Of a stretch of 64,000 nucleotides of DNA, positions 25,901-36,847 are shown piece after piece. The translations under genes were made by a program, and so were the position numbers. The stretch's first letter is position 1; each line of letters starts with the position of its first letter. A model generated the notes under the pieces. It had not been told where the DNA came from. It searched no databases and saw nothing but the letters and a program-made list of their open reading frames with translations. This DNA comes from Antedon mediterranea. Its lineage: Eukaryota; Animalia; Echinodermata. Location of the stretch: positions 16,664,795 to 16,728,794 of the forward strand of contig NC_092670.1 of assembly GCF_964355755.1 (NCBI RefSeq), written 5' to 3'.

Positions 25901-27964
25901 TTTTTTTTGGTCTATCTTCATTATCTGTTTTACTGTTAAAACTATTATATTGTAAACCAATTTCTAAATAATTTTTTAAAAAGTAATCTGGGGTCTCTAT
26001 CAAACAAACCTCCTGGATTCTCGAGACCCCATTTAATTATTTTCTTGAATCATTGTACATAGAGTAACTATTATTTTATTGTGATTTGATGAATAAATCT
26101 ATATGTATTTGTATTGTTAAGAATTCCAAGAGGTAGAGAAAATGAACGATAACCATTTAGATTTTCTCCTTTAGTTGATATTTTTAGTTTCATATACTTT
26201 TAGCTGTATATTACTGTTATTGGTCCTGTGACCGGGTGTGGTCGCAGGTGCGCATCGCGATGTGTAGCATATCTAGGGCAAATACACCTTTGCAGGGCCC
26301 ATCCCACTCCAGCTGTATTGTAAAGCTCTACACAATCAAACAAACAAAAAAAGTGTGATGTACCAAAATATGGTAGTGATATGCCCAAATATAGTAGTGA
26401 TATGACATCATGTCCATATATGGGCACATCACATTTGTTTGTACTGTATACTGTATAGTGGCCCATAAAGAATTTATCTTTTTTTCTCAGTATAAACATA
26501 TCCTCCATTTACAACACAATTTTCAAAATTAGTGGATCATCTCCTGCAGTACAACAATTTAATATGAAATTTAATATATATTCTATGTAAATTTCAAAGG
26601 GCACAGCTTGTCACAAAATATAAAAGACACCAAAACTATTCTAAACCAATCATGCGTGAAATGGATATCTCGTAATCAAAATGATTAGTTTTATTATGGA
26701 TGGAAATGAATAAGATAAGTACTGTATTGTACAGTATTATAAAGGCTTAAACTACAGTACAATACAATGCATAGCTAGTGTATCAAGGACCTACATGAAT
26801 TATTCAACATTGTAACCATATGTTTTTTATTGAAATTGATTTGGTCAAAAATAATAATTTCATGTCAATTATTATTGTGATTATTCATTATTTATGAAAC
26901 ATCTTGAGGTGTTTAAAGAAAAATTGTTGTTGAAAATTAAGCCCTCTCGCCCTAGAATTAAGCCCCACCCCCCAGTTTATATCCGTTCACCCAAAATTGA
27001 AATTTGCTAACTTTGCTTTTCATACTAATCAGATACAAATACAAAACAATATTGATTTTAATTTCATTGTCAATGTTAACGATACAAATCATAAAATCAT
27101 GGGAATTATTTACTAACCAACAGATTTTCAACCAACGAAACCGATATTAATTGTTTTACACATTTTTTAGAGGATAAACTTGAATTTACAAACCCTGGAT
27201 TAATTATGACTAAAACTTTTGTGCATGATTTTTTATAGTATTCTATTATTTTACAGTAATTGAAAAACAAAAATTAGATGATTACCAACCTTCTTAAAAA
27301 AGCCTTCAGTTCTTGTTCTTCGATCAACACCCATCATGCCTTCAAATCGCAGCGCCAACTGCCGAACTGACTGGTGTCCGGCACCAGGAATAATCTTTAT
27401 ATTAAGTTTCCATCCACCGCTTACAAATATCTTAGCATCGTCCGAATGTTTAATTAACGTACCATTTATTTCAAGTACCATGTCTCCAGTTTTAAGTCCG
27501 GCATAAAATGCGGGACTGTTATTTTCTACAATTTCAACATAAACTGGTCCTCCACCAATCAAAGTCATTCCGTATCTTCCATTACGATCTCGGACAACGT
27601 CGCACTGTCGCACGCATGACACGACAACAATACTTGGTGGTACGTTTGGACACTGACGTGCAAGAGCTTTTATACCTTCTGCCGACATCTGCGTAACATT
27701 ATGATTATGTAACTCCACAAGTTGGTCCCCTCCCTGTAGTCCTGCCATTTGCGCATGACTTCCCTTCTTGACGAGAGTGATATACGACGGAGCATCCCCT
27801 CCGATAGAGAAACCAAAAGATTCTGGCCAGTGTTTGTTATTCACGGGCATTGGTAGGGGTTGTCGGAAACGTGCAGGTTGACTTCGACGTGAAATTGTAC
27901 TGGAAGCCTTGGACGCACGGCCAACTGACCGCGCTTTCTTTGCTGCTCCTATTCTTGAAGGCAT
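4896..27964 (-). CDS. GRID2IP: Delphilin/GRID2IP-type PDZ-formin, spliced gene span (26 coding exons, about 1351 aa)
   Basis: GT-AG exons join with consistent phases into 4056 nt, from ATG at 27964 to TGA at 4896-4898. Three PDZ domains (SFGFSIGG, RYGMTLIGG, SFGFMLVG), two harmonin-N-like helical domains, a poly-Pro FH1 and an FH2 (KRMNWEKL, LAMGNYMNQG, GFRIKFL, YFGEDP). Confidence 0.9.
5062..5226 (-). CDS. GRID2IP: Delphilin-like exon 25 (FH2 end)
   Basis: QFSSEASDTL...YFGEDPSATDTDQFFGIFASFTTKFA|gtgagt. Confidence 0.9.
5227..6773 (-). other. U12-type (minor spliceosome) GT-AG intron
   Basis: 5' site GTATCCTTT; branch-like TCCTTAAT at 5237-5244 close to the AG; no polypyrimidine tract. Confidence 0.85.
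5328..5466. mobile_element. Copy of the aagctctgtctacac MITE
   Basis: aagccctgtctacactatcaa...ttgatagtgtagacagagctt. Confidence 0.8.
6774..6845 (-). CDS. GRID2IP: Delphilin-like exon 24 (FH2)
   Basis: EISENLDDSVDDSNSQDKFKEVMS|GTATCCTTT. Confidence 0.85.
7750..7932 (-). CDS. GRID2IP: Delphilin-like exon 23 (FH2)
   Basis: LDTTKTSDNKSTFLHILAK...TKLQ|gtaaaa. Confidence 0.9.
8832..8918 (-). CDS. GRID2IP: Delphilin-like exon 22 (FH2, GNYMN motif)
   Basis: LTLAMGNYMNQGNQRVAGATGFRIKFLSE. Confidence 0.92.
9032..9187 (-). CDS. GRID2IP: Delphilin-like exon 21 (FH2)
   Basis: MSRIGGIENRL...SRKLAKVLE|gtaata. Confidence 0.9.
9452..9520 (-). CDS. GRID2IP: Delphilin-like exon 20 (FH2)
   Basis: INQLKGYIGKMSLLSTPDKFALE|gtatga. 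Confidence 0.88.
9836..9963 (-). CDS. GRID2IP: Delphilin-like exon 19 (FH2)
   Basis: AILLGHLRMPVNDIKQAL...YAPDESE. Confidence 0.88.
9980..10543. repeat. Triplicated intronic segment of about 170-200 bp
   Basis: gacttattaa...gtgctaccactttt...ctctattaaggggacactttgttgggtc...ggttctactg occurs three times. Confidence 0.85.
10558..10623 (-). CDS. GRID2IP: Delphilin-like exon 18 (FH2)
   Basis: APRRTGSKVETVINHKKAHNL; tandem TAGCAG acceptor. Confidence 0.82.
   Translation of the reverse strand, partial: QLQGGQEVKWKQLSITRKLIT
11751..11768 (-). CDS. Candidate 18-nt microexon in delphilin FH2
   Basis: ttcactatttcccttcag|TTAAACCATCTGATAAAT|gtaagt; frame-preserving in a phase-1 intron. Confidence 0.5.
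12796..12886 (-). CDS. GRID2IP: Delphilin-like exon 17 (FH2)
   Basis: MREGEDESYLKDVIKHLELDEKFST; G|gtaaat. Confidence 0.85.
12972..13516. mobile_element. Non-autonomous DNA transposon with TTAA TSD (Kolobok-like)
   Basis: TTAA|AGATGTATTGTCCCT...AGGGACAATACATCT|TTAA; related copies near 7115-7403, 28024-28310, 47205-47450 and 57835-58170. Confidence 0.8.
13657..14228 (-). CDS. GRID2IP: Delphilin-like exon 16: FH1 and FH2 start
   Basis: PVPPPPPFIPPPPPVPPPPPP then KRMNWEKL...TVWSQ|gtaaag. Confidence 0.9.
15658..15819 (-). CDS. GRID2IP: Delphilin-like exon 15 (linker)
   Basis: DYGDDDPVLTPPSGG...TVNRP; the G|gtaact donor gives the phase 1 needed by the next exon. Confidence 0.68.
16735..16797 (-). 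CDS. GRID2IP: Delphilin-like exon 14 (linker)
   Basis: IDEPQLFSQSEPSSPISSAR; G|gtacag; 63 nt. Confidence 0.6.
16868..17029. mobile_element. Palindromic MITE (aagctctgtctacactatcaaact family)
   Basis: Terminal inverted arms; other copies near 5328-5466, 21621-21693, 26323-26434, 31437-31560, 39589-39755 and 44314-44477; TSD ambiguous (TA or TWA). Confidence 0.85.
17268..17441 (-). CDS. GRID2IP: Delphilin-like exon 13 (linker)
   Basis: VNENDDDDDDFTSPEP...SPQE; G|gtatgg; 174 nt. Confidence 0.72.
17667..17887 (-). mobile_element. tRNA-derived SINE, older partial copy
   Basis: Shares ggggtaaccccctact...ggacctacggtttatagtc...cactcactc with 40530-40837. Confidence 0.8.
17982..18134 (-). CDS. GRID2IP: Delphilin-like exon 12 (linker)
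   Basis: VEDGAMLLSSRKTDRS...PNGTL; G|gtgagt; 153 nt. Confidence 0.75.
18896..18937 (-). CDS. GRID2IP: Delphilin-like exon 11 (linker)
   Basis: KSDDNDSHATISE; tag| acceptor, G|gtaaac donor; 42 nt. Confidence 0.6.
19310..19955. repeat. 12-13 bp minisatellite (tagtgtgccctct / tagtgcacccct)
   Basis: Visible tandem units in a delphilin intron. Confidence 0.95.
20026..20094 (-). CDS. GRID2IP: Delphilin-like exon 10 (linker)
   Basis: VAQAAFILNNSKSDRRVSRRSID; donor |gtaagt; 69 nt. Confidence 0.6.
20506..20679 (-). CDS. GRID2IP: Delphilin-like exon 9 (linker)
   Basis: AVYGNPNRLF...EDEFFQ; phase 1-1, 174 nt. Confidence 0.7.
21416..21567 (-). CDS. GRID2IP: Delphilin-like exon 8: second HHD end
   Basis: NLDGMILSIFPILDTHAKKTIWPYIIQILP; phase 2-1. 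Confidence 0.85.
21902..21972 (-). CDS. GRID2IP: Delphilin-like exon 7: second HHD start
   Basis: MDHHLTSREKQLIKKALQEYYRS; cag| acceptor and |gtaaca donor. Confidence 0.85.
22497..22681 (-). CDS. GRID2IP: Delphilin-like exon 6
   Basis: YVSSTMS...GRTFKEM|gtaggt; phase 1-0. Confidence 0.8.
22876..23117. repeat. 22-bp minisatellite (atatggtttcatagtaatagta)
   Basis: About 10 tandem copies. Confidence 0.95.
23400..23940 (+). mobile_element. Degenerate LINE 3' fragment
   Basis: CTLCGNGEIED resembles the C-terminal zinc-knuckle of non-LTR ORF2; frameshifted. Confidence 0.5.
24025..24213 (-). CDS. GRID2IP: Delphilin-like exon 5: PDZ3 end
   Basis: GGPADRAGLRPGDKIIKVNGLDV; donor C|gtaagt. Confidence 0.88.
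25046..25134 (-). CDS. GRID2IP: Delphilin-like exon 4: PDZ3 start
   Basis: KTVSIDRTGGSFGFMLVGHSPVMIESIDP; donor G|gtaagt. Confidence 0.88.
25287..25361 (-). CDS. GRID2IP: Delphilin-like exon 3
   Basis: cag|G GTA TTT...AGA AG|gtgaaa; VFVPPAQRDRFDLFF completes the HHD; phase 2-2. Confidence 0.85.
25553..25707 (-). CDS. GRID2IP: Delphilin-like exon 2: first harmonin-N-like domain
   Basis: tag|ATG GAT...GAT GTC AG|gttaat; MDAVFIDEPSKKEALIALLKQYARDK. Confidence 0.85.
27290..27964 (-). CDS. GRID2IP: Delphilin-like exon 1: PDZ1 and PDZ2
   Basis: ORF MPSRIG...GFFKK, donor AAG|GTTGGT, 675 nt, phase 0. Confidence 0.9.
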
Positions 27965-28668
27965 CTTGTCCTTTGATCACTGGTAAATTAAACGAAACTG
28001 TATCCTGTTAATTTATATTTTTCTTAAAGATGTATTGTCCCCCAAAAACATGAAAAATGAAGATTAATTAAATTAGACTTTGAATAGGTTTTTTTTTTTT
28101 TGGAGTTTTAATAAAGTTAATCACTTCCATAGAAAAGAAAATGAAAAAAAAAAATGTTTTCACATATAAATTGACAAAATAAATGGTTAAATTCAACCAA
28201 AAACTCACTGGCTGGCTTTTTTTTGTGGGTAAATACATTTTTTCCATCCAATTTTTGGTCAAAGTGGATAACTATTATGTTGCATTAAAATGGCATGTTT
28301 AACAAAAATTTTGTTAATAAATAATTTTTCTTTAATACTTTATTAGCCAATTTAAAAAAAACTTCATCAGTTAAACAATAGAGTATCAAATAGAGTTAAA
28401 TTAGAAAGAGAACACAATTTTTATATCATTATCTGTAAGTGTGATGACATTTAATAAATTATAAAAAAAACACAATATTTTGATATATTTGAATATAATA
28501 AAATATATACTGTAGATACATACTGTAAAACAAGAACAGAGTGTAGTAGTGGTAACCATATAGACATCAAATTGAAGTTTGTGGTACCCATGGTAACTAG
28601 CGACCCCTTAAGACCCATAAAAGCCCTCCCAAGGATGGGCACCATGTCAACCATACTTAGTTTATTTA

Positions 28669-29416
28669 GGGCCTGTTTCTATTGAAAAATAAAAAAAGAA
28701 CGGTTTTTTGGAAACCGGTTTCGGCTGTTGTTTATAAATAAAGATCGCGTTGCAGCTCAATTTTTACTCCAATAAAACCGGTTCCGTCCATGTACGTGCG
28801 TTCGTTATGAATGACGTCATTATATACGCCACAATGCATAGCGCGATCCCCAAGAAATAGCATCCATTTCATCATAGAAGGGGGAATTATTACCTGAAAC
28901 TTTATTGTGGTCCTTGGTTAAAGTATAGGTACGTCGCACCCTCTGATATTGTCAAGTTGAACTCGTCTAGCTTTCACACGCTTTACAATATTCTTAAAAA
29001 CATGTAGGCCTAGGCCTACGTGAGTCTTTCTTCCGACTCCCGACAAGTCCCCTCATCTTCTTCCCTTCACATATTTTCTAGAGAAATAAAAATGACTTAG
29101 GCCTAGGTCCTATTGCGCGGGTTTGATCGACTGCGAGTTGACCACAATCGTCCCAGTGCAGCAGACTGCAGAGTTCAGTTTTTGGGGTCAAATTGAGACC
29201 GCGATTGTGTTGCAGCTAAAAATTGCTCCACGGAAACCGGTTTCAGAACGGTTCTTTACGATCGAGACCGCAATCAATTGGGGTTTTTGAAACCGTTTTT
29301 AAGATCGGTTCTTTTTTGTGGTTTTTTGTGGGGACCCATTTCTGCTGGCAAGAAAAAACGGTTCTTGAAAAGAACGGTATTTAAAACCGTATTCTCTGCT
29401 CTATAGAAACAGGCCC
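28669..29416. mobile_element. PIF/Harbinger-like MITE
   Basis: TTA|GGGCCTGTTTCTAT...ATAGAAACAGGCCC|TTA, with internal aaaccggttt repeats. Confidence 0.8.
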
Positions 29417-30126
29417 TTAGAGGTAAAAACTGTGCACCTGTGCTATATTGATGGGGAAATCGCTTACTTATTTAACACACAGTGTAAATATCATTTCATC
29501 AAAATCAAATTTGATATAATTTTTTTTCATGCCAAGGACAAATCCAGGATTTTTTTAAAAGGAGAATGCTAAATATAATACTAATAGTGTAAAAAAAAAC
29601 AGACACCAAAAAGTAGATCATCATTTCATTTTAGCTGTCAAAAGTGGGAGCTTTGATAATGGTATCAAATTATTAACACTTATTACTAGCCAATATAATC
29701 TTTTTATTCTTCCATTTTTTTTTATGCCAGGGGCAAATCCAGGATTTTTTTTAACGTGGAATGCTAAATATAATATTAATAGTCTGTCAAAAACAGATAC
29801 CAACATGTAGAAAAGGGTAGGAGCTTTAATAGTGGTATCAAATTATCAACACTTATTACTAATTAGTATATTCATAAACTCCACCCTGTGACTAACATAG
29901 CTATATAGCAATTAACACGCCATGTTGAGATTCCACTCTAGGCGTATCATACGTGTGGATCAATTCAAAATGGTAAACAAAAGAATTTTACGAACACCAC
30001 GCTTGTTGTAGGTGAATCAGTCCATATTGTCAATGCAATGAAAAAAACGAGGCGAAAATCAATAGACAAACATAGATCATGGAGACTCAATGCATTCTCC
30101 ATGCACAGATTAAGTATCGGAAAATG

Positions 30127-31335
30127 AACTAGATTTGAACTCGTCACTACGGACGAGTTAGGTTATCCGCAGCCCAAAAGCCACGTGCACGTCATACGTT
30201 CGAATATTGCGCACAGAAAAACGATTATGCCATTGAAAAAAAGTTAGTGCGCTCTCTATTTTACGTCACGTCTGAGTATATACGGTATACACTATATATT
30301 GTATACGTACTAAAGACAGTGCAGAATAGGTGAAAATAAGTTATTGACGCTTTTGGACATGATGACGTCATAACAATTTAAATATTTTTAACTCATGCGA
30401 AAGATAATTGATTGACCTAGACAATATAAAAAAATTGAGTGAAATGGAATACGGATAAGTAGAGATGCGCTCTATTAAATTTGACGAGCTATGACGAAAG
30501 AGAACAAAATCCTATTTTTATATTCGAGTGGCCAAACGATGACGTCACAATGTCCGGTTAGCCATATCGATGCATGATTCTATATCTACAACTCATCAAA
30601 TTCCAGAATATGTAATTTTAAAAAAGTTCACCACGTAGTTTAGAATTTATGACTGTTTAAAAAAATGTCTAATTTTGACGAATTTTTGAAGTTTTTCTTC
30701 AAAAACGTGCATAAATTGTTCAATTCTACGTGCTCGTATGACGTGATTTTAAGTCGAAATTGATTGAAAATTGATAAATTTACTAGAAAAGGCTGAAATA
30801 ACAAAAATCAAGCAAAAAAAATACGTTTTTGCGCTACGTGCGCACGCGCGCGTAAAAAAATTGCGAACGCGTGGGAATTTTTGAAATGCTCAAAATGACA
30901 TGAAACGCGTAGAAAGTTGATTAGAAATTGAATTTTCGCATTTTGAAATTTTAAACGCGCGTGCGCGCGTAACTTTCTGTCAAACATGCCATTTTTAATC
31001 CATAGAAAGTTTGAGCATGTTATGACTTAAATTTTCACCAAGTTTCAATACAAAATGACTTTTAGTTTTTATTCTATGATCAATCATTGAAATTCATAAA
31101 ATTGCGCGTAACTTACGCTGCGCAACTCGAAATTCGAAAAAAAAAGTTTCTTGCACATCTACAGCTACAGGGCTATCTTTTGACAAAGTTATACAATCAT
31201 ATGTTGGCCAGAATTAGAGATACGCTGCGAACAAAAATCGTGGAAAGAAAGAAGAAAATAGAAGAAAAAAGAGAAAGAGAAAAAAAAAGATCCTGACAAT
31301 AACAAGAGGTTATCCGCCAAGTGCGGATAACCAAT
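30127..31335 (-). mobile_element. Non-autonomous Helitron/Helentron-like element
   Basis: CTAG at 30129-30132 next to hairpin aactcgtc/gacgagtt; subterminal ggttatccgc (30161) reappears in hairpin ggttatccgc-caagt-gcggataacc (31308-31332); purine-rich tract. Confidence 0.6.
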
Positions 31336-34300
31336 TTTAAATATCAATATCTACAAAAACTAAACTACATAGGCCTACATGTACCAGGGTTTGTGTATTA
31401 TTATCTTTTTTATGTATATTAATTAAATTATGTATAAAGCTCTGTCTACACAATCAAACTAATTTGAAAAAAAAGTGGGCCCAAATATGGTAGTGATATG
31501 CTTAAATATGATATGTGATATGACATCGTCACGTGCATATGGGCACATCACTGTCACATACAGTATTTTATTTATTCAATTTTCAGGCACAAAAATACAT
31601 ACAAGACAGGGTTGCAGCACCCTGAGGATTGCCATTAAATTGAAAAGCACTATCGAGATGGCTCTCCATATACTGCACTTGAACATATAGAAGTAGAAGT
31701 AAACAATAAAAATACAAAGATGTAAAAATTGAAAATTGCGAAGCATCAAATTGAGCTTTATATTATTATAGGGTTATTACCTTGTAGAAAACAATTTATT
31801 TTTGATTTGAGGCATGCTTCAAATAAAATTATTTATAAGTAAATCTAGTATAAAAGTTGCTATGGTGATACAACACAAAAGCATGTAAATAAGTTCATTG
31901 TTGAAGATTGTTGAGTCATACAAAGAAATTCAAAATTCACAACCAACAGTCAAACTAAAAGTCAATGACCTTTCAATCTATTAAATAACAAAAACTTTAT
32001 TATTGCACTCCAACCAATGGCATGCACAAGTTGCTTTAAATTCGGCAGGATTGCCTATTGTAATACAGTAGGTATTACAATATTTTAAATGACACAATTT
32101 TTAACTGGCCAGGCATAAACTATGTACAGTACATTATAACCCCTGCTTTAGGAAATTCCTATACGGTTCTTACATCTCTATGAAGGATGAAGGATACGTT
32201 CCCATGACATGGACTCAGGCATGGACTATGGGAAATATATGTTTAACACTTGCCACCCACTATTCAGGGGACATCCCTATTAAGGGGATACTTTGATGGG
32301 TCCTAAAGGATGTGTTTTTTTAATACTGTAAATGTAAATGTCTTCCATTCATAAATATAAGTATTTCTGATTATTTTCATATGCAATTAATACTACAATG
32401 TTCACATTAGAAAAATACCTTAAGAATAGAAATGATATGTCATCTGCAAAATAGCTAAACACAGTGCAGGCCTGTAGCCAGGGGTTTTTGGTTCCGGCGA
32501 ACCCCTCTTAACCGACTGCGAACCCCCATCCCCAATACCCTCACCTCATCTCTGAAAATCCTCCAAATATGTGCCCCACAGTACAGAAGGTTATTTGTAA
32601 ATTGAAAAATTCGTAAACACGTTCGTGAATAAGTCCAACTAACTTCTTCCATTGTTAGGTTTCCCTTTAGTTACTATGCGAGTGGTGAGTGTATTATTTT
32701 ATCTCAATTTTTGCTATTTTATTATAATTATTTGTATCTGTATTTTCAGTTGGAATTTTTTTTTGCAAATAAAAAACATTTTAAAAAAATGTTTTTTTTT
32801 AATTTTTACTCTAATTTTTATTATACGATTTGCGAATAAGACAAGTTAACATTCAACCACATCTAGTAAAATCAAATGAATATAATTGGGTCGAAATTCC
32901 TGTAAAACCTGCCTCCAAGCCTATGCTAGCCTCTAGGCCTATGCCTAAAGTAAATGTTGTTTTGTTTTTCGAAACGAAACGAACGAAACTGCTCTGCCAG
33001 TGCGTGCGAGTTCAGACACTAGCTTGGCAGTAAATATCTAGCCTAAATATCGCGACTAATATCATTCAATTAGATTCATTTCTAAGCAATTATTACTTTA
33101 AAAATATACATAAGTGAAATACTTACATTATATACTATTAGAAACATATCATACAATTTGACATAAATTTGTACTTTTGTCAAAATCACATCATTTTAAG
33201 AACCAACTACAGTAGCACTTTAGTACGTGCTTAGTAATGCCTCATAGCGTCTGTTGGCAACGATCGATAAGCTTGAATTACCGAGGCCTAGAGTGGCCAC
33301 TGACTCTGAATGTTTTATTAGATAGAGGGAGGCATTGATAAATAGTTTATCATCATTGATTTACACACAGTCAAACTCTGAGGACGAAAATAACAGTTAT
33401 CAGTGGCCTAATTACAGGCACAAACTCATCAATTATAATATTATAAATATCAATGATCACCTTTCAAGTCATTATCTTAATTATAATTTTAAACTTGTAT
33501 ATTTCCTCTTTCCACTAACCATTATCATCGTTACAATCTTCTTCATAGTCATCTTCAGTTTTATTAATTCGCTTTTCATAATACATAATACATTTTTTTT
33601 CACGCTGCTGCTCTAGCCCGCTGCGTCACACGAGATGACTCATTCATTAGATGAAATCAAGCAGCAGTATAGTACTACACTTTGACATTTTTGTTAAAAT
33701 GGAAACTCGACTATAATTTATAGGTACCACCTGTTGAATCCAAAAAACGGCTGGGAAAAGAGTCTAATGACAAATCCCAAAGCATTTCTGGTATTTATGA
33801 GTCCCGTGATATTACTATAATTCACTGTCAGATAATCATTGAATTATTATCAAAACAGTCCATTGAAGTTTTTGTTTGTAATAGGATACTTGAAGTATCT
33901 AGGCGTGATGAAGTGACCCCCAGACTTGACCTTAGCAATAACAATAAGCGAGCAGCGTTTTTTGTAAGAAATATTCTTGTTCATGTTCGCCATATTGATG
34001 TTTTTTATAAAGATTTTAATACAAAGTATTTTGATTGTTGTTGCTGATGTATGCCATCAGGCCTTTTTGAGTTCAATTTATGTCTGCTAAAAAGATGTTT
34101 GGTTTGTAATGTTGAAATAAAGACCGATATATTATTGTCTTTTAAAACTACATTTGACCATTTAAAAGATCATTTTCACAGGAAGACGTAAATGTATATT
34201 ATCGTCTGGAAATTATAATTTCCAGCAATTAATATTGTCTTGTTTTATTATCATAAACGCTTAAATTTCATGAAGTTATAAAATATTAATGTCCATAACA

Positions 34301-34639
34301 ATGTTCACGTTCTTATTGTACGTTTTATAAGATATGTTGTAGACTTGAATATGTTTGCGTCAGTTTCAATACATTATTACCTATTTTCTATATCTGTTTT
34401 ATAGTTTTAAAATGTGAAGAGACTGTACTTTAAAGGTAATGAATCAATAAAATAAGTACACAGTTTCAGATTCTCGACAGAATTTATTTACAAATTTAAA
34501 ACGATACGGGAAAAGGCTAGTTAACATCAGTGCTCAAACACGCTTGATGAATACAGAGAAAAGATACCGTACGACTGTCATAGGCAAATTCCGTAATACA
34601 GGATCACATGTGGTTCCTATATCACGGAAGATTGATTAA

Positions 34640-34975
34640 GGCTAATTTCCACAGATGAGCGGTAACGGTAATAAAAATATAGAATCTATGTTATTTCTTA
34701 TGACCATTTAAACAAAACGCGTGGCGGACCGCTCAGGATGGATAGATTCTACGTGGAGGGACCAGCTACGCGGTTTCCCGCTTAAGCGTGGTTCCCACTA
34801 GCGACGCAACGCAAGGACGTAACGCAAGTGAATTGACCAATCACAAGTGATGGCTTCTAACTGTCTATAACTTCGCTTGTCATTGGTTAAAACGCTTGCG
34901 TTGCGTTTACGTCCTTGCGTTACGTTCTAGTGGGAACCAAGCTTCACCGTTACCGCTCGTCTGTATAAATCGGCC
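34640..34975. mobile_element. MITE containing a nested second MITE (34784-34944)
   Basis: Outer arms acagatgagcggtaacggt/accgttaccgctcgtctgt; inner arms tggttcccactag/ctagtgggaacca. Confidence 0.75.
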
Positions 34976-36658
34976 TTTTAGGTTAAGGGTCTATGATACA
35001 AGGAGATTAAACACATGTGATGTTGTATCACGGTTCCAATGATACTGGCCAAACTTAGATACAATATCAAGAATTGGCTATTTTTAATCCCACTGACGTC
35101 GGTGTTATTCCCCAGATACATTATCACATTCGGTAAATCTTTTATTTTTCCTATTTCAAGGAAATAAATAATTAAATTGTAGTAGACAAAATGTTATGAG
35201 TTCACAACCCACTTACGTTTAAGATATCGATTGAATTTTTGATTTTTCTATTTCAGTACACGATAATTGTGTTTGATTCTGGTCATGTATTATCGGTCAG
35301 TGATATGCCTCGCTGGGGAGAACAGATGACGCGCGCGTACAAATGATGTTCCACTTTCATCACCATTTGAACGCAACAATTCTTATGATAATTACAATCA
35401 ATTGATTGATATTACCCAAAATCAAGTGATTTTACACTAGATCGTCGAAGACATCATGAACATAACCGGTTTACGCGCGTAGATACGGTCGGTAGCTTTT
35501 TAATGACCGCACTTGACGAAAACAGGAAGGATATATAGGCCTATAAATAGTAGAGCGTTCAATAGAGTGTTTACTTCATGTGTTCAAGTCGTCGTCCAGT
35601 TGCTTTAAATCAATTTCGATTTATCACGATAGCGATGGTTCAGATAGATAGAATCGATCAAAAATTGTGTCTCGAAACTTGAAAAAAATGCTTATAGGCC
35701 TAATATGACGTCACAAGAAGTCCTAGGTCGTCGCAAAATGGAAAGTTAGACGTACGCTTTGATAGGCTATAATACACTTAGGCCTACTTCTAAGTGAAAG
35801 TTAGACGTACCCTTTGATAGGCTATAACACACTTAGGTCTACTTGTAAATACATTTACATTAGGCCTAATTGTACAAGAGTAATTATTTAAGAAAGCGAT
35901 CTTGTTCTTTCTCATTTTATACACACGATATCAGGTTTCACTATCTCTTGGGAGAAACGTTGAATAAATTGGTAATAAGTTTTACCGATTACTTATAAAT
36001 AATTGATTGGATCTTCTGTCAAGTCAACATTAACATTAATCGATCAAAAATGTAATAGAATTGAAATAAATTAATATACGATAAAGTTTTAAATTAATAA
36101 AATGCCAAACTTTTAATGTTTAACATCGATCATTAGAGGCCTGTGTAATTCGTGTTTTTAATTTAGCTCAAGAGACGCTCGTGGTAACAACTTCTGGCGG
36201 CTGCTCACAGTGTGATTTACCGTATACATAATGTACATAATAAGTTGAATTTCAAAGAACTTAATTCGTAAACTAAACTTCTCGGTGATAATTAAATTCA
36301 TGTTAAGACAGGATAATAACGACTCAGCGATTAAGCAAATCAAACGTTTGATGCGCGACAACTAAGCAGCTTATTCAATTAGTTTATATTCAGGCCTAAA
36401 ACAATAAATTAAACATTAATATATTATTTTAATTCTTACAAAACAGTGTTTAAATTACATTTTTGTGCTCACAGTTATATTGGAAAAAATCAAGTTAATG
36501 TTGAATAGGGACCGGTCTACGTCTGACCGACAGACAGACAGACAGACTGGTGCTGGTGTGTTCAATCGGTGGTATACTGCCAGTAACGCAAAAACGCGTT
36601 ACAATTACTGAACCATATAGGGTTACAAATTTGATGATTACAAACAAATATCAGTTCA

Positions 36659-36847
36659 TTATATTCTATCTTTGAAAAGCATTTTCCAAAGACTATTATC
36701 AGGAATGTTATTTTCGTTGGCTCTCATCTCTTCATTACTGGCTAAATAATATTCGTCGCTATCATCCGCTGCTTCTTGTAATGTGTTCCATTTCGCGTCA
36801 GAGTCAACAGAATGGGGACGACCTTCAATTGCAGCTAATTTTAATAA
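36659..36847 (-). CDS. Precursor exon 3: acidic C-terminal region
   Basis: ttcttcacag|TTA TTA AAA...ATA TAA; phase 0. Confidence 0.72.
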   Translation of the reverse strand, partial: LLKLAAIEGRPHSVDSDAKWNTLQEAADDSDEYYLASNEEMRANENNIPDNSLWKMLFKDRI

